This document shows positions 15,534-28,706 of a DNA stretch of 64,000 nucleotides, in pieces; position 1 is the first letter of the stretch; each line of letters opens with the position of its first letter. Source of the DNA: the human T2T-CHM13v2.0 reference genome, Homo sapiens; NCBI RefSeq assembly GCF_009914755.1, contig NC_060930.1; one strand, written 5' to 3'. The notes under the pieces are model-generated. The model was not told where the DNA came from and ran no database searches. It saw nothing but the letters and a program-made list of their open reading frames with translations. The translations under genes were made by a program, and so were the position numbers.

Positions 15534-17252
15534 GGTGCACTGACCACGGGTGTCCAGCATTCCAGAAGCCCACTTGGTGTTCTCCTCATCTCCTACCCCA
15601 ACAAGCAGCTACTGCCTTGCCCTCCAGCAGTAGGTGTTAGCTCTGCAGGCTTCAGGAGTTGATAGAAATGGAATCCGACAGTATGTACTCCGTGTACATT
15701 CTTTTTGTGAGACTCACCCGTGTTCTCGCACATTCCATAAGCATCCCATGCATTCCTAGCTCCTTTAGATGCTGTGAACTGGGGACGGTTGACTGTGTCG
15801 TATTTATGTGTGTGTCTGCCTCCCGGTTCCAGCGGAGGGCGAGGCGGGGGTCATCGTTCTGAAGGGCATCTTTGTGTCTTCCCAGCACTCAGGACAGTGC
15901 CTGGCACACAGATGCTTCAGTAAATGTTTGCCGAGTGAACCCGATGAATGGGCATTTTGTCACTGGGTCTTTTCATTTATTCCTTGGCTTGCTCCCTGTC
16001 TCCCCTTGAAACACAGCTGCTTTCATTGACCGCGTCTTTATTTGTTGGGTGGATGTGCTTGTTTTCAGTGCCAGGAAGGAAAAACAAGCACAGAAGTCGC
16101 CCCTCCCGGGCAGCCATATTCCCGGCTAAGAAGCCCTCCTTTGTGCCAAGAGCAGAACCGTCTATGGCTGGGTGGAGGGTCACAGCCTGTGGGACGGTGC
16201 GGAGAGGCAGGGGGGTGCGGCGAGCTCTGGGCTTGCAGGCAGGCGGTGACTCATGCAGAGTCCGGCCACCGGTGCGGGAAAAGGGCTTTGACGTTCTCAG
16301 CAAAACCCCAAGGCGAGCTCCGAGCAGCCCACCTGCCCCTCCCACCCACGCAGGGCCTTGCAGATGAATCTGCTTCTGTATCACATGATCCGTTTCAGCA
16401 GGAGAGAGACGGAGAGAAACAGCCTTTTGTTCTGCCAGCCTCCATGATTGCGTATCTTAGGCACAACGCTCTGAAGTCAGGCTGAGGATTCTAATAAAAC
16501 TTGGGAAGCTTTACCCGGAAGACAAGGTGCTCTTTCACTAGGCATGATTTGGACCCAGGATATAAATTCTCTTTCGTGGGACGGGAGAGTTGTGTCTTTG
16601 CTTATCCTCGGGGAGTCTCACTGTGCCCCACTGATCATGCGTGCCTTCCAAAGCTGTCAGGTAGCCCCTCCACAATCACACATATGTGCAACCACATATT
16701 TTCCAACCCAAACGAGGGTACACACCATCTGGGGAGGGATTCCCCCTTCCCATATGCGTGAATTCGTTTAGCTAAAAAGCATTAACAGTCACAAAATAAA
16801 ATCACATTGAGACCCACATTTTAATGGAAACACTGGACCTTTGGGGTTGTGCTGGAGATTTTGAGATCTGGGATAAGAAACCCAGAGTGAGCAGGTGGAA
16901 CAGTTCCCACTGGCTTTGGTGACATGGCCCCAGGACTGCTGTCTACCTGGAGGGCCTGTTTGGAGCTGATTTCGGAGAGGTGGTGGCTACACTCCTCGCC
17001 ACTGTGTGCACGGTGCCTGACCTTGCCTGGAAGCCTGCGTGTTCACTTAAATTCAGGTCCTCTGTTCAGCACCCCATAGCTCCTCACGGATCCTCACCCT
17101 CCATCCCTGCCTGGGATCCCCACTCTTCCACCTGGAAAGGGGTGCAGGGAGGTGGTCCAGGATCCAAGCCTCAGCTCCACCCTCAGCGACTAAGTGCCTT
17201 GTGGGCTCTTCATTTATTCAGCGTTCAGTTCCTTTTTTGAAAAGTGAGTCAT

Positions 17253-17559
17253 GGCTGGGTGCGGTGGCTCACGCCTGCAATCCTAGCACTTTGGGAGGCT
17301 GAGGCGGGTGCATCACCTGAGGTCAGCAGTTCGAGACCAGCCTGGCCAACATGGCAAAACCCCGTCTCTACAAAAAGTACAAAATTAGCCAGGCATGGCT
17401 GTAATCCCAGCTACTAGGGAGGCTGAGGCAGAAGAATTGCTTGAACCCAGGAAGCAGAGGTTGCAGTGAGCCGACATCAAGCATTGCAATCCAGCCTGGG
17501 CAACAAAAGCTAAACTCCATCTCAAAAAAAAAAAAAAAGAAAAGAAAGAAAGAAAAAAA
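17253..17559 (+). mobile_element. AluS with 14-bp TSD
   Basis: TSD gaaaagtgagtcat at 17239-17252 and 17560-17573. Confidence 0.95.
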
Positions 17560-17604
17560 GAAAAGTGAGTCATTATACCTGCTGCCTCGGGATTTGTATT
17601 TTAT

Positions 17605-17793
<189 letters not shown>

Positions 17794-19352
17794 TGAGGCT
17801 CTTCAAATATATGACCTGACTCTTACCCCACTAGGCTACTCTACCCCCCGTCCCATGCTGCCCTACAGCACTGCTCACCCATTTCCCCTGCCCAGCACAC
17901 CCTCTTCTCTTCCTCTAGCCTAACTCACCCTGACATCTCAGGCCCAGCTACCTGACCAGCCTGGCTCAGCCCCTTCTTACTCCTGAACTGTGTGGTGTTT
18001 CATGCTCTGTCTTCTATTGTTGGTTTTCATTCTGTGTTTGCTGGTCTTGTCTCTGCAACAAGCTGTCTGTGCCTGGAGATCCAATCAAATACACAATAGT
18101 GTGCACGGAGCTCAGTGCATAGAAAATCTGCTGGAAGAAAGGGTTAGCAAGATGAGGACCAACTACCCAACTGCTCTCATGCTGGAAATCTCCTTTCTGT
18201 TGTGCTGTGCTTAATCTGCCATCTTGTTACTGCCCTTCCCTAAAGCAAGTGGGTAAAAAAGCTGGGCTGCCCCCCAGGCCTAGCCTGATGGGGAGGAATC
18301 TTTTTATTCATCACTCATGGTTCCTACTGAGCCACAGCCCAGGGCTGGCCCTACACCGCAGGGGCAGGGTTGGGGAAGGTAAAATTTGGGCTCCTGCTGC
18401 CCCTGCCTCCACAGCAGCAGGGGTCGGGTGGAGTGAAGACAGGGTGCCTCCCTAATGCCCTTCATGGGGTTGCCCAGGGTCTAAGGCCGGAGCTGTCCTC
18501 TGGGTAGGGCAGGGCTGTATTGACACTTGCTCGGTTAAGAAAACTGTATTGACATTTTAGGAAGAGTTATAGAAAAATCTCATTCTGGTTGATTCTGCCT
18601 GTGAATCACAGTGATGTGAGGCTTAACTTGTTTCCATCCACTTTAAGCCTTTTTCCTCTGGACGAAACAGGATTATCCTATTTTTCCTTTTGAACCAGGG
18701 CCTGATGACATCAGAACTTGGGCAAGCCTTCTTCTTTTGTGTACTGGGAAACGGCTGCTGCTGGCCAAAGTGTTTTGTCTGTGCTTGTGAAGGGTGAGTG
18801 GGGACAGCTGGGACCCACAGCTGGAAGAATGCAGGTGCTGCTGAGATGGGGAAGCCTGTGGGAAAGCAGGCTTGGAGGGAAACCGCACAGTAAGTTGGAG
18901 GTTTCTGATGGAGATGCCGAGTAGGCAGCTGACCATATGCACTGGAGCTCAGGCGAGAGGTTGGCTCCAGAGAAACCAGTGTGGGAGTCATCCGCGTGCA
19001 GAAGGAATTAAGCCATGGGCCGCGGAGCTGGAGAGAATAGGACGCTGGACGCTTCTGCTGCACAGGTGGGACTATGACGAAGAACCAGCCAAGGAGCCTG
19101 AGAAGGAGGGACCTGGAGGGACGAGGCACCAAGACAGAGCAGCGCCCCAGAAATCAAATGCTGCCCGTTGAGCAAGGAAGAGACTAAGATGTGGCGTGGT
19201 GACCTTGGTGGAAGCAGTTTAGTGAAATGTCAGGAAAGAAGCGAGTTCACAAGAGCAAGGGAAGAGAGGAATTGAAAACAGCACATATGAAGCCTTTTTC
19301 CAGGAGTTTTGCTGTAGAGGGAAGCAGAGATACGGGGAGGTAATCAGAGTGA

Positions 19353-19667
<315 letters not shown>

Positions 19668-21239
19668 GGTCACGGAGCAGTTTTCTTATCCATCATCTTT
19701 GAATCTTTGTTCTTAATGAAATTCATGCCAGACAAAGGCTCACAATCTAACCTGGTCGGAGAAAGAGGAGGGGGTGAATCAAACACCCTAGGAAACCTTG
19801 CTTTTTCTCTTCGAATCGGCCTCTTTCGCCTTCTGCTGCTGGGCGGTTTTACATTTGTGGGCTGTGAACTACCCGGGGACCAGGACCCCCGTGCTTCATC
19901 TGCAATTGCAGAACCTGGAGAAATAAACTGTCCTGCCCGAGTGATCTGCAGGAGCAAGAATCCAGTAACTCCCATCGCTTTCTGAAAGCAAAGGCAGCTC
20001 TCAACCTGCCCGCTTCCTTCCCACCTGCCACCTAGTGGCCCCCTGCAGAATGACATGGGCGGCAGTGAAGGGCTCCAGTTACCATTCGGCTCTCTTATCT
20101 GATCTTCATAGGGTATTAGCTCGGGAAGGCGCCTTAGAGACGATCTAAGCCAATCGTCTCAATTTACAGCTAAGATAACAGACCTAGAATAAAGGTATAG
20201 AGATAATTAGTGGTAGAGCTAGGACTAGAGCCTAAGACCCTGATGAGGCCTGCAGTGAGGTCCTTCTGTGTTCTCTCACTCAACCATTCAATCAACTTTA
20301 GCTATCTGCCTTACATGCAGAGTCCAAGGCTGTGCACTGCACTGCAGACGAAAGGCCCTGTCGCTATCCTTAGGAGCTTCCTGAGAGGAAGGTGGGCATG
20401 CAGAAAGACCATTACATAAAATATATCTTATTTTACATTGCATACAATGATTGCTCTATAGGAGGTAAAAATGAGGGCCAAGAGAAGCTGCCGCCAGCCT
20501 GCCTGGAGCCAGGGAAGGCTTCCCTGAGGGGTGGTGTTGGGGTGAACCTCAGGAGTACTAGTCTCTCAGGCAGGTAAGGCAGGGCAGGCCCAGGCCCAGT
20601 GGCGCCGTGTGTGGTGGTACACGGGGCAGATACTGAACTGTGGAGTTATTGCCTGAGCGTGACATCAGGGACAGACACGAAGGGGACCAGCAGCTAGGTG
20701 AGGGGCCTTGTGTGTCTGCAAAGGTGTTTGGGCTACACATCACCAAAGAATTATTAGAAGGCGTAGCATCATCAGACATATTGCTTCAATAGATCTCTCT
20801 GGCAATAGTGAGAAAGAAAAATTGGAAGCCAGTGAAACAAGAAGCAAGGAAACATCAGAATGTCACAGCAGCAGTGCAGGCCAGTGTGGGAGATGTGAGC
20901 AGGCAGCGCTGCTGCAGTAACTGGGAAGAGTCTCATATTTACGGTTGGGAAATGAATGCGTCTGGTCTGTGCACCACTGTCCGGAACACAGTCAGGCAAG
21001 CTGGCCGCGGGTAGGACAGGAGAGGAAGGGAGGAGCTGCTCAGTGTGGTTGCGCCGAGGGGCCGGTGCTGTGAGTCAGGTGGGAACGCCTGCAGGCTGCT
21101 GGGTGTGCCTGTGGCTCTGAGAGCAATGCTAGCCACAGATTCACTTTAGTTGAGGAACAAAATCAGCCAGAAAGGGCGAAAGCGGCTGTCAGAATTGACC
21201 ATGCACATTGCGCCCAAGTGGCCATGCCTTTAATCCGTT

Positions 21240-21803
21240 GTCTTCAACAGAAAGTTCCCACAGGAAAGACCTTGGGCAAGGCAGTTCTCAGGAGCTGAAC
21301 AAATCCCTATGGGGGATGACACTTGAAGGCTCTGTGCTCCCAGCAGCTGGGCGACAGTTCTTCCCTGGCAAGGGGATCTGCCCTTCCCAGGCTGGAGTTG
21401 CTGTTTCCTCCATTTACTGTCACAGTTGGGCAAGGGAGTCCCCTGTGGCGCCCAAGTAGATCAGCTGAGTACCGAATACCTTCCTTGCTCCTCCCACAGG
21501 GTGTCAACAGCCCTCTTCCTGCTGATGACCAGGGTGGATCTCCCTTGCCAGGATGGTGACTGTTCTCAACTCACCAAGGAGCCCAAAGTGCCCCACAGCA
21601 GCCATGGCTTACTGCTTAACGGGGCTCTTGCTAAGTCTCAGGTGGAAGTGTTCTCCCTTTGGGATATGGGGCTTCTAATCCTGCAGTCCACAGGCGCAGG
21701 TTTGGGAAGCCCACTCTCCTCAGTGGACTGTTGGAAGTGACAGCCATTTTTGCCTCCACTTCTTGGTTCCCTGTTTCTTGTAGTCTTTTCACTGGGGACA
21801 TGG
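21240..21803 (-). mobile_element. ERV-L internal remnant, integrase tail and dUTPase region
   Basis: Minus-strand peptides SPVKRLQETGNQEVE, TAGLEAPYPKGRTLPPET, GHFGLL, VTILAREIHP and LPCPTVTVNG resemble the recalled HERV-L dUTPase region (SAGLEVLVPEGGTLPPGD, GHFGLL, VTVLAGVIDP, LPCPVIKVNG). Confidence 0.8.
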
Positions 21804-23228
21804 TAAAAGGTGACAACCTGCTAGCTGCCCTCGCTCGCTGTCGGTGCCTCTTCTGCCTCGACGTCCTCTCTCGCCGCGCTTGAGGAGCCCTCTAGTCCGC
21901 CGCTGCACTATGGGAGCCCCTCTCTGGGGCTGGCCGAGGCTGGAGCCGACTCCCTCTGCTTGCAGGAAGGCGTGGACCGACAGGCGCGGGCGGGAACAAG
22001 GGCTGCGCGGGGCGCTCAGCGCGAGTTCCGGGTGGGCGCGGGCTTGGCATGCCCCGCGCTCGGAGCAACCGGCCGGCGCCACCGGCCCTGCACAGTGAAC
22101 AACTTAGCACCCCGGCCAACAGCTGTGGAAGGGGCCCCGGGTCCCCCAGCACTGCCGGCCCGCCCGCGCCGCGCTAGAATTTTCACCGGGACTCAACCGC
22201 CTCCCCGCAGAGCAAGGCTCGGGACCTGCAACCCGCCATGTCTAAGCACCCCCGCGGTGGGCTCCCGCGCGGCCCAAGCCTCCCCGGCAAGTGCCACCCC
22301 CTGCTTCTCGGCGACCGGTCCCATCGACCGCCCAACGGCTGAATAATGCAGGCGGTGACTGGCAGCTCCGCCCGTGGCGCTGGCGGGGGATCCAATTAGG
22401 AAACCCAGCTGGGCTCCTGAATTGGGTGGGGACTTAAACAACTTTCATGTCCCTCTGGAGAATGATATATGCGCTAATCAGCACTCTGTGTCTTCCCAAT
22501 CTGGTAGGGACTTGGAGAACTTTTATGTCTAGCTAAAGGATTGTAAATACACCAATCAGCACTCTGTGTCTAGCTCAGGGATTGTAAACGCACCAATCAG
22601 CATCCTGTCAAAAAATGGACGAATCTGCTCTCTGTAAAACGGACCAATCAGCTCTCTGTAAAACGGACCAATCAGCTCTCTATAAAACAGACCAATCAGC
22701 TCTCTGTAAAATGGACCAATCAGCTCTCTGTAAAATGGGCCAATCAGCAGGATGTGGGTGGGGTCAGATAAGGGAATAAAAGCAGGCTGCCCGACCTGCT
22801 GTTGGTGGCACATCTGAGGAGGTGTGGCTTTGTGCTGTAATAGTTTTCTGCTTTTTTTTTGTGTGTCTTTTTAGATAGATATTGCTGCTGGTGGTTTTTT
22901 GTGTGTGTGTTGGGTTTATGAGCTGTAACAGTTATCGGGAAGGTGTGCAGCTTTGTTCTCGGGGTTTGTGAGGTTGGGAACCCAACGATGGAAGTAAATA
23001 ATTCCAGTAGGCGTAGCTTTAAGAGGTGTAACACTGATTGTGAAGGCCTACAGCTTTGTTCCTTGAAGCTGCAAAACCACTAAACTCAACAGAAAGAAGC
23101 TGTGGGATGCGCCTGGACACCAGAAAAAACAAACTCCCCCTGTGCCTCTTTCAAAAACTGTAATGCTCACCTGTAGGGTCTGGCTGAATGCTTGGGGTCA
23201 GAGCAACAAGACACCAATTCTGGACACA
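21804..23228 (+). mobile_element. Solo LTR12 (ERV9 LTR, LTR12D/E-like)
   Basis: Starts taaaaggtgacaac (consensus tgagaggtgac), ends ccaattctggacaca; GC-rich 5' U3; CCAAT repeat array; AATAAA TATA-equivalent at 22775-22780; 4-bp TSD atgg/gtgg. Confidence 0.95.
22617..22748 (+). repeat. 24-bp CCAAT (NF-Y) tandem array in the LTR12 promoter, about 5.5 units
   Basis: ggaccaatcagctctctgtaaaa(c/t) units at 22617, 22641, 22665, 22689, 22713 and a partial unit at 22737. Confidence 0.95.
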
Positions 23229-25500
23229 GTGGGACCTTAGAAAACACTTTAACTCAGGGTGAACATGAGATGCTGGAGGGTGACTCCGACCTTGTAAGTG
23301 AATGATCTCTGAGCTGGTGCTTCAGCCATTTTCTCACTGGGTGTCAGCTGTTGGGTGTTGCAGAGCATGTGATGTGGCTGTGGATCCCATGGACCTAGCG
23401 CACTCCCATGTGGGAGCGCTGGGATAATGGCGCTTTCTGATTCTCTGGACAGGAACAAACACACTTGGAATATGCTTCTATTCCTAAGAAGTTGACTGCA
23501 TAGGAGCCCAACATCACCAGCTTACCACGTATTGGTCATTCTCTTTGAGGAGCAGGGCCATACTGACGGCTTACATGTGCGCTCTGGTGGAAGTAGGATG
23601 TTTGGTGGCAGCAGGAGCAAAATCAACTCTGGTAAGCCTTCCATGCTGTTGGGTTCTGTGTTACCACGGCTGTCTTACGGGTCTATCGGTGCCCATCCTG
23701 GGAGAGTGGTGGATGAGGCTAACGGCAACTGGTGGAGTCATTCTATGTAGTTGCTTAATTTTTCCTGTGGTGGATGATGTTTGTTGAGTGATAACATGAC
23801 AAGGATTTTCACACTTCGTGGACACTCCAGCCACATGCCCCTTCTCAGACCACCACCTCTTATCTTCCCGTCTTTCTCCCCAAAGGTACCTAAACTGCCT
23901 GGCCAGGTCGTTCCCCACTGCCCATGAGTCTGTATAGACTCCAACCTTGGGCCGCTGTTCTGTTTACATGAGATGGTTACCCAGACCCACTGCCTGAGTG
24001 AGGCAGAAGTGCAGCTGTCATCCATTTGTAGCTTGTGCCCACAGACAAACCAGTCCGAGAGCCTTAAGTGACTTGTATGAGATCCCTCCTATGGCCAAAA
24101 GCAGGAACTGAAGAAGGGGTATTGGTAAAACAGGTGGCAGTGGGCAAATGCACCAATGTGATATTCTGTGGAATGTCCAGAGAGTCCCAATCTTTTCAGA
24201 CAGGGCAGAGATTAGAATTGTGGGCAAAACTGTAAATGAATGTCGTCCATCTCACGTGAAAGCAAATTGTTTCTCTTCCTCTTTCCTGATTGGGATAGAG
24301 AAAACATTTGCTGCATCCTTGGTCACATACCATGTACCTATGGCATTATCACACCACTCTAGCAAAGATTCTACATTTGCTATGGCAGCCACAATGGGGA
24401 TTGCTTCTTGGTTGGGTTTATAGAAGTCAATTGCCATCTTCCAGGACTTGACTGAATTAAATAGCAATATGAAGTCTACCACCACTGCATCCTTTGGCTC
24501 CTGAAGGGTGGCACAAATTTTCACCATCCTCCCCAGGATGGAATACTGTTTTTGACATGCTTGCTTGGCTGGGGGAAGGGCAATAATTCTAGAAGCTTCC
24601 ACTTGGTTTTCTCCACTATGATAGCTCCTACCCTATAGGGCACAGATCCAATGTGGGTGCTGGGCTAATTTCTAGGTATATATATCCCAGTTATACATTT
24701 GAGGACCAGGGAAATGACCCCTGATGGGTCCACAGACCCAGTGGACCTTTGGCGAGGACTCCCTTTATTTTTTGTTCCTGTATGGATGGTTCCCCACTCG
24801 AGAAGGACTGTGATGACACTTCAGTTTCCCCAGATCTCAATTCCAGCTCTAACCCTTCAAATGTTGCATCTTGCTCCTCCTGTGATGTGTGGCCAGCCAC
24901 TCGGTCATTTGGGGAACGGCTGGGGCGATTGTTACGGCACATGGTGGTGCCGGGGACCTGGTCACCTCTCCAGTTGTTGGGTTCCAGGCCCAGGCATCAT
25001 AATGTTTTTGGGGGGTGACAACATTCAGCCGCCTGACCATCCATTCTTGATTTCTTTTGGTAGTGTAAGGTGAATACCGCCCTTGCAGTAGGCAGGGTGG
25101 GCTGACTCCCTGGGCACTCTGGAGCCAAAATGGCCCATCAGAGTTGTGAGTTGTTCTGCACTGGGGCAAACTGGCCTGGCTTTCATAGTCTGCCTCCATC
25201 AGTTATTGCATGTGGGCTGCCACGGGGAGGGTGTGCAGGCTCTAGAGGAGGCCGTGGCAGAAGGTAGGATTTGTAGCAGTTGGGACAAGTTTTTTTTGAA
25301 GTGGACCTAGGTGGCACATGCAGGCTCTTTGGAGACGCATCACAGATAATGAGGGGGGGTTCCTGAGGACGTGAAAGGACAGGGTCAGAGCACAGGTGGA
25401 TGGATTGACCTTCTGTACAAGGAGGGACATCTTTATCTTTCACTGTCACAGAGTGAGCAGAAGGAAAGATAGGGTCCAATGAAGATAAGCATTTTAGGAG
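23229..25500 (-). mobile_element. ERV-L internal remnant (gag end, protease, RT, RNase H, integrase; deleted and frameshifted)
   Basis: ORF 24252-24602 (KQYSILG...WKMAIDFYKPNQ...GTWYVTKDAANVFSIPIRKEEEKQFAFT) matches the class III ERV RT N-terminus; VYTDSWAVGNDLA (RNase H); QQHGRLTRVD (integrase). Confidence 0.88.
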
Positions 25501-25904
25501 AGGGACAAGGAGCTGGGAAAATCTGGCTTTGTCACCTCTATTTTCTGCATAACATCAGAAGCAAGGGCATCTGCTGAACTTGGGTTTGGGTCAGCTCAGG
25601 GTTTGGGGAGCATAGTCAAGGGGAGTGAGAGAGGACGCTGTCTAGGGACTGCAGGGCAGTGTTCCAGGGCCGCTGATGTTGGGCATGACTGGCTGTGACC
25701 CTCTGCCTGTGTGTTTCCCGAGCAGTGACAGCAAAGCTGGAGAGAGAGAGGAGCATTGAGGTTTTGAGACATGTATAACCAGTGAAACCATCATTACAAT
25801 CCAGATTGAGAAATTTGCCATGCCAGCCAGGCCTTGAACTCTCCACCGGTCGGTAACTTTGTTTCCTTAATCTTTGGGTCCTCCTAGCTGATTGAAGGGC
25901 CTCA

Positions 25905-26290
25905 AATCACAATGTAAAGGGATAAAACAATTATGGTGTAGCCATACAATGGAACACTGCTTAGTAATACAAAGACACAAGCCATTGACACACAAGCAGA
26001 TGAACCCAAGATAATTATGATGAAGGAAAGAAGCTGGACAAAAAACAGTACATACTGTGTGATTCCACTGATACAAAACTCTGGAAAATGCAGACTAATC
26101 TGTGTGGCAGGAAGCAGATCAGTGGTTGGGGGCAGGAGTCATTACTGAGGGCAGGAGGGAGTACTGGACGCGTTCACTTTGTGGATTCTGATGATGATTT
26201 CACTGGCTATAACGTGTCAAGACTTCAATTTGTACACTATATACGTGCAGTTATTGTATGTTAATCACATTTTAATAAAGCTGTTAAAAT
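25905..26290 (+). mobile_element. L1ME-like 3' end
   Basis: Motifs ccatacaatggaacactgc and acatactgtgtgattccac; terminal aataaag. Confidence 0.75.
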
Positions 26291-26599
26291 AGTGACCTGA
26301 AAATTAACTGTATTATTGAATCATCGATAATTAGCAAATAGAACTATGGAAAATGCCCTCTTAAATTTCAATTTAGTCAACTTAGATCTATTAGAGATTT
26401 TTAAAGCAGACCTTTTATAGTTCCAAGTTAAATCTCTAAAGTCAGTTGTAACAGAATCTGACAAAATGGGCTGTTTTACCACCTTCTCTCTTAACCCATC
26501 AAGGCTTCCTTTTTTCAACTCTGTAATGTCCTGAAGTGTTCAAGGGGTCTCCCCATAGGTATGACAATGGGATGATTGTTGGTGCTTCCCATTAATCTC

Positions 26600-26760
26600 T
26601 CTTGAGATCCTTTCCACGTCTCCGAAAGGCACCTGTTCTTATTTGCATTTTGCAGATGAGGAAACTGAGTCTCAGAGAGGTTAAGGGGGTAGCCCGAGGC
26701 CATGTACATGACTGCAGCTTGGGACTCGGCGTCCAAAAGGGTGCCTGCCCATCCTCCTGC
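26600..26760. mobile_element. MIR
   Basis: MIR core ttttgcagatgaggaaactgagtctcagagaggttaag. Confidence 0.8.
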
Positions 26761-26979
26761 CAACTTAGTTGACACAATTTTCCTTTCTAAAGGCTTTCTC
26801 CCAATACCGTTGCCATTCTTAATTAGGGCTGGGTGCCGTCGAAGCCTCCTTGGAGTTAAAGGGCTGCTAGGAGGAGGAGGTGGGACGGGAGGTGGCCGTT
26901 CTCAGAGTGCTTAAAGAACTAATTAAAAATCAGTCTTTTTAAATTTTTAATTAAATTAATGTCTGTAGGGCGAAGTGTC

Positions 26980-28260
26980 ACGGCCTGGGAGGACGGTGCG
27001 GCTGGCTTCAGCCCTTGAATGCCCCGCGTCAGTAATAATTAGGGGGTGGGGGGAAACAAAGCGAGGGTGAGTTCTGCTGGGCGCCCGTGGACTCCTAGAG
27101 GTCACTGTCGCACTCTGCTACTCAAGTGGGTTTCCCCAGCCCGTCCAGAGAGGTACTGGTGTGCGGGAGAGGCCAGCAAGACAACCAGGGACAGCTACTC
27201 CGCCCAGGGCCGGCAGCCGCCCCGCCTCGACCACGCCCCCAACCCAAGCCCGGGATCGCCCCTCCCCGACCACGCCCCTCACCCCCGCCCTTCCGGGGCC
27301 GAAAGCGAAAGCGCGCTCGGTCTCTCGGTGCTCGCTCCATCGGGTCTGGCGGGGCTGGCAGCGGCGAGGACCCGGGTCTGGCGCTGTGGGCCGGGAGCCG
27401 TGGGGCGGCATGGAGGGGCTGGTTGTCGCCGCCGGCGGGGACGTCTCCCTGCACAACTTCAGCGCGAGGCTGTGGGAGCAGCTGGTCCACTTCCACGTCA
27501 TGCGGCTGACGGACTCGCTGTTCCTGTGGGTGGGGGCCACGCCGCACCTGCGCAACCTCGCCGTGGCCATGTGCAGCCGCTACGTGAGTGCCTGGCGGCC
27601 GAGGGTGCGGGCGGCTGGGCGGGGGCGCGGGGGCGCCGGGCCTGCGCGAGCTGCAGCCCCCCAGGCTTCTCTTGGGTCCACAGGGCGCCCTACTCCCCCG
27701 AAGCCCACCCGTGGGATGTCTTAGGAAGCCCGCGGGCGCCAGGGCCTGCACCACCTCGGGAGCTGCGCGCGGGCCCCGGGCCCCTCTCCTTGTCCCGCCG
27801 CCCCGCAGCTGCGTCCCGCACTGGTCTCTGTAGGTCAGAATGTCTTGGGTCTGTCCTCGCCACACGCGCGCTGGGGGACGCGTCTGCCTCGTAGCTCTCC
27901 TGCCATCTGGATTTTGAGCACACTGATAATTTTTTGGGGACTCTTGCGTCTCCACTGGATGTCTCAGGCATTTCGCACTAGGCACACATCAGGCTCTCTT
28001 CTCCAAACCTGCTCCCTCCTCCGCCTGACTGGCGCTGTGATGGCAGCTCCATCTTCCTGGCTGTGCGTTCAGAGCCTCGCAGTTGTCTTTGATTCCTCTT
28101 TCTTCACACTCCACGTGCTGAGTCCCTAGGCACTGCCGCCAGTCAAAGCAGACAAAACCCAAGCCGCCCTCACCTTCACCCTGCCGCGCTGGGCCAAGCC
28201 TGGGACATTATCATTTCCCCTCCTCTCCCGCCTTTCCGGCTTTGCATGTCGCCGCCTGGT
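26980..28260. promoter_or_regulatory. PSMG4: PSMG4 CpG-island promoter
   Basis: Very high GC and CpG content; SP/KLF boxes (ccacgccccc at 27231, ccacgcccc at 27270); IRF-like gaaagcgaaagc at 27301-27312. Confidence 0.9.
27410..27583 (+). CDS. PSMG4: Proteasome assembly chaperone 4, coding exon 1
   Basis: Kozak ggcATGg; MEGLVVAAGGDVSLHNFSARLWEQLVHFHVMRLTDSLFLWVGATPHLRNLAVAMCSRY; donor TAC|gtgagt, phase 0. Confidence 0.97.
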
Positions 28261-28284
28261 TTCTCCTGGTTTCCTGAGGCAGCT

Positions 28285-28665
28285 GTAAGAAAGTGCCACA
28301 GACCGCGTGGCTTAAAACAACAGAGGTTTATTCTCAAAGATCTGTAGACAAGGTCTCTCACTGTCACCCAGGCTGGGGTACAGTGTCATTATTATAGCTC
28401 ACTGTCACCTCAAACTCCTGGGCTTAAGTGATCCTCCTTCCTCAGCCTCCCGAGTAGCTAGGACTACAGACATGTGCCACCATACCTGGCTAATTGTGTT
28501 TTTTGTAGAGATGGGGGTCTCACTATTTTGCCCAGGCTGTTCTTGAACTCCTGGCCTCAAGTGATGATCCTCCTTCCTCAGTGAGCCCGACTCTTTTCTC
28601 ATAAGGACATCAGTAATGTTGGATTAAGGGCCCATCCTACTCCAGTATAACCTTGTCTTAAATTT

Positions 28666-28706
<41 letters not shown>

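Noticed and set aside
22617-22748. Regularly spaced 24-bp repeats, superficially CRISPR-like
   Set aside because: No unique spacers; these are the CCAAT tandem repeats of LTR12 in eukaryotic DNA
27046-27985. 282-aa (+) and 287-aa (-) ORFs over the PSMG4 promoter
   Set aside because: Stop-poor CpG-island sequence; low-complexity Arg/Gly/Pro translations; the real frame is the spliced PSMG4 exon
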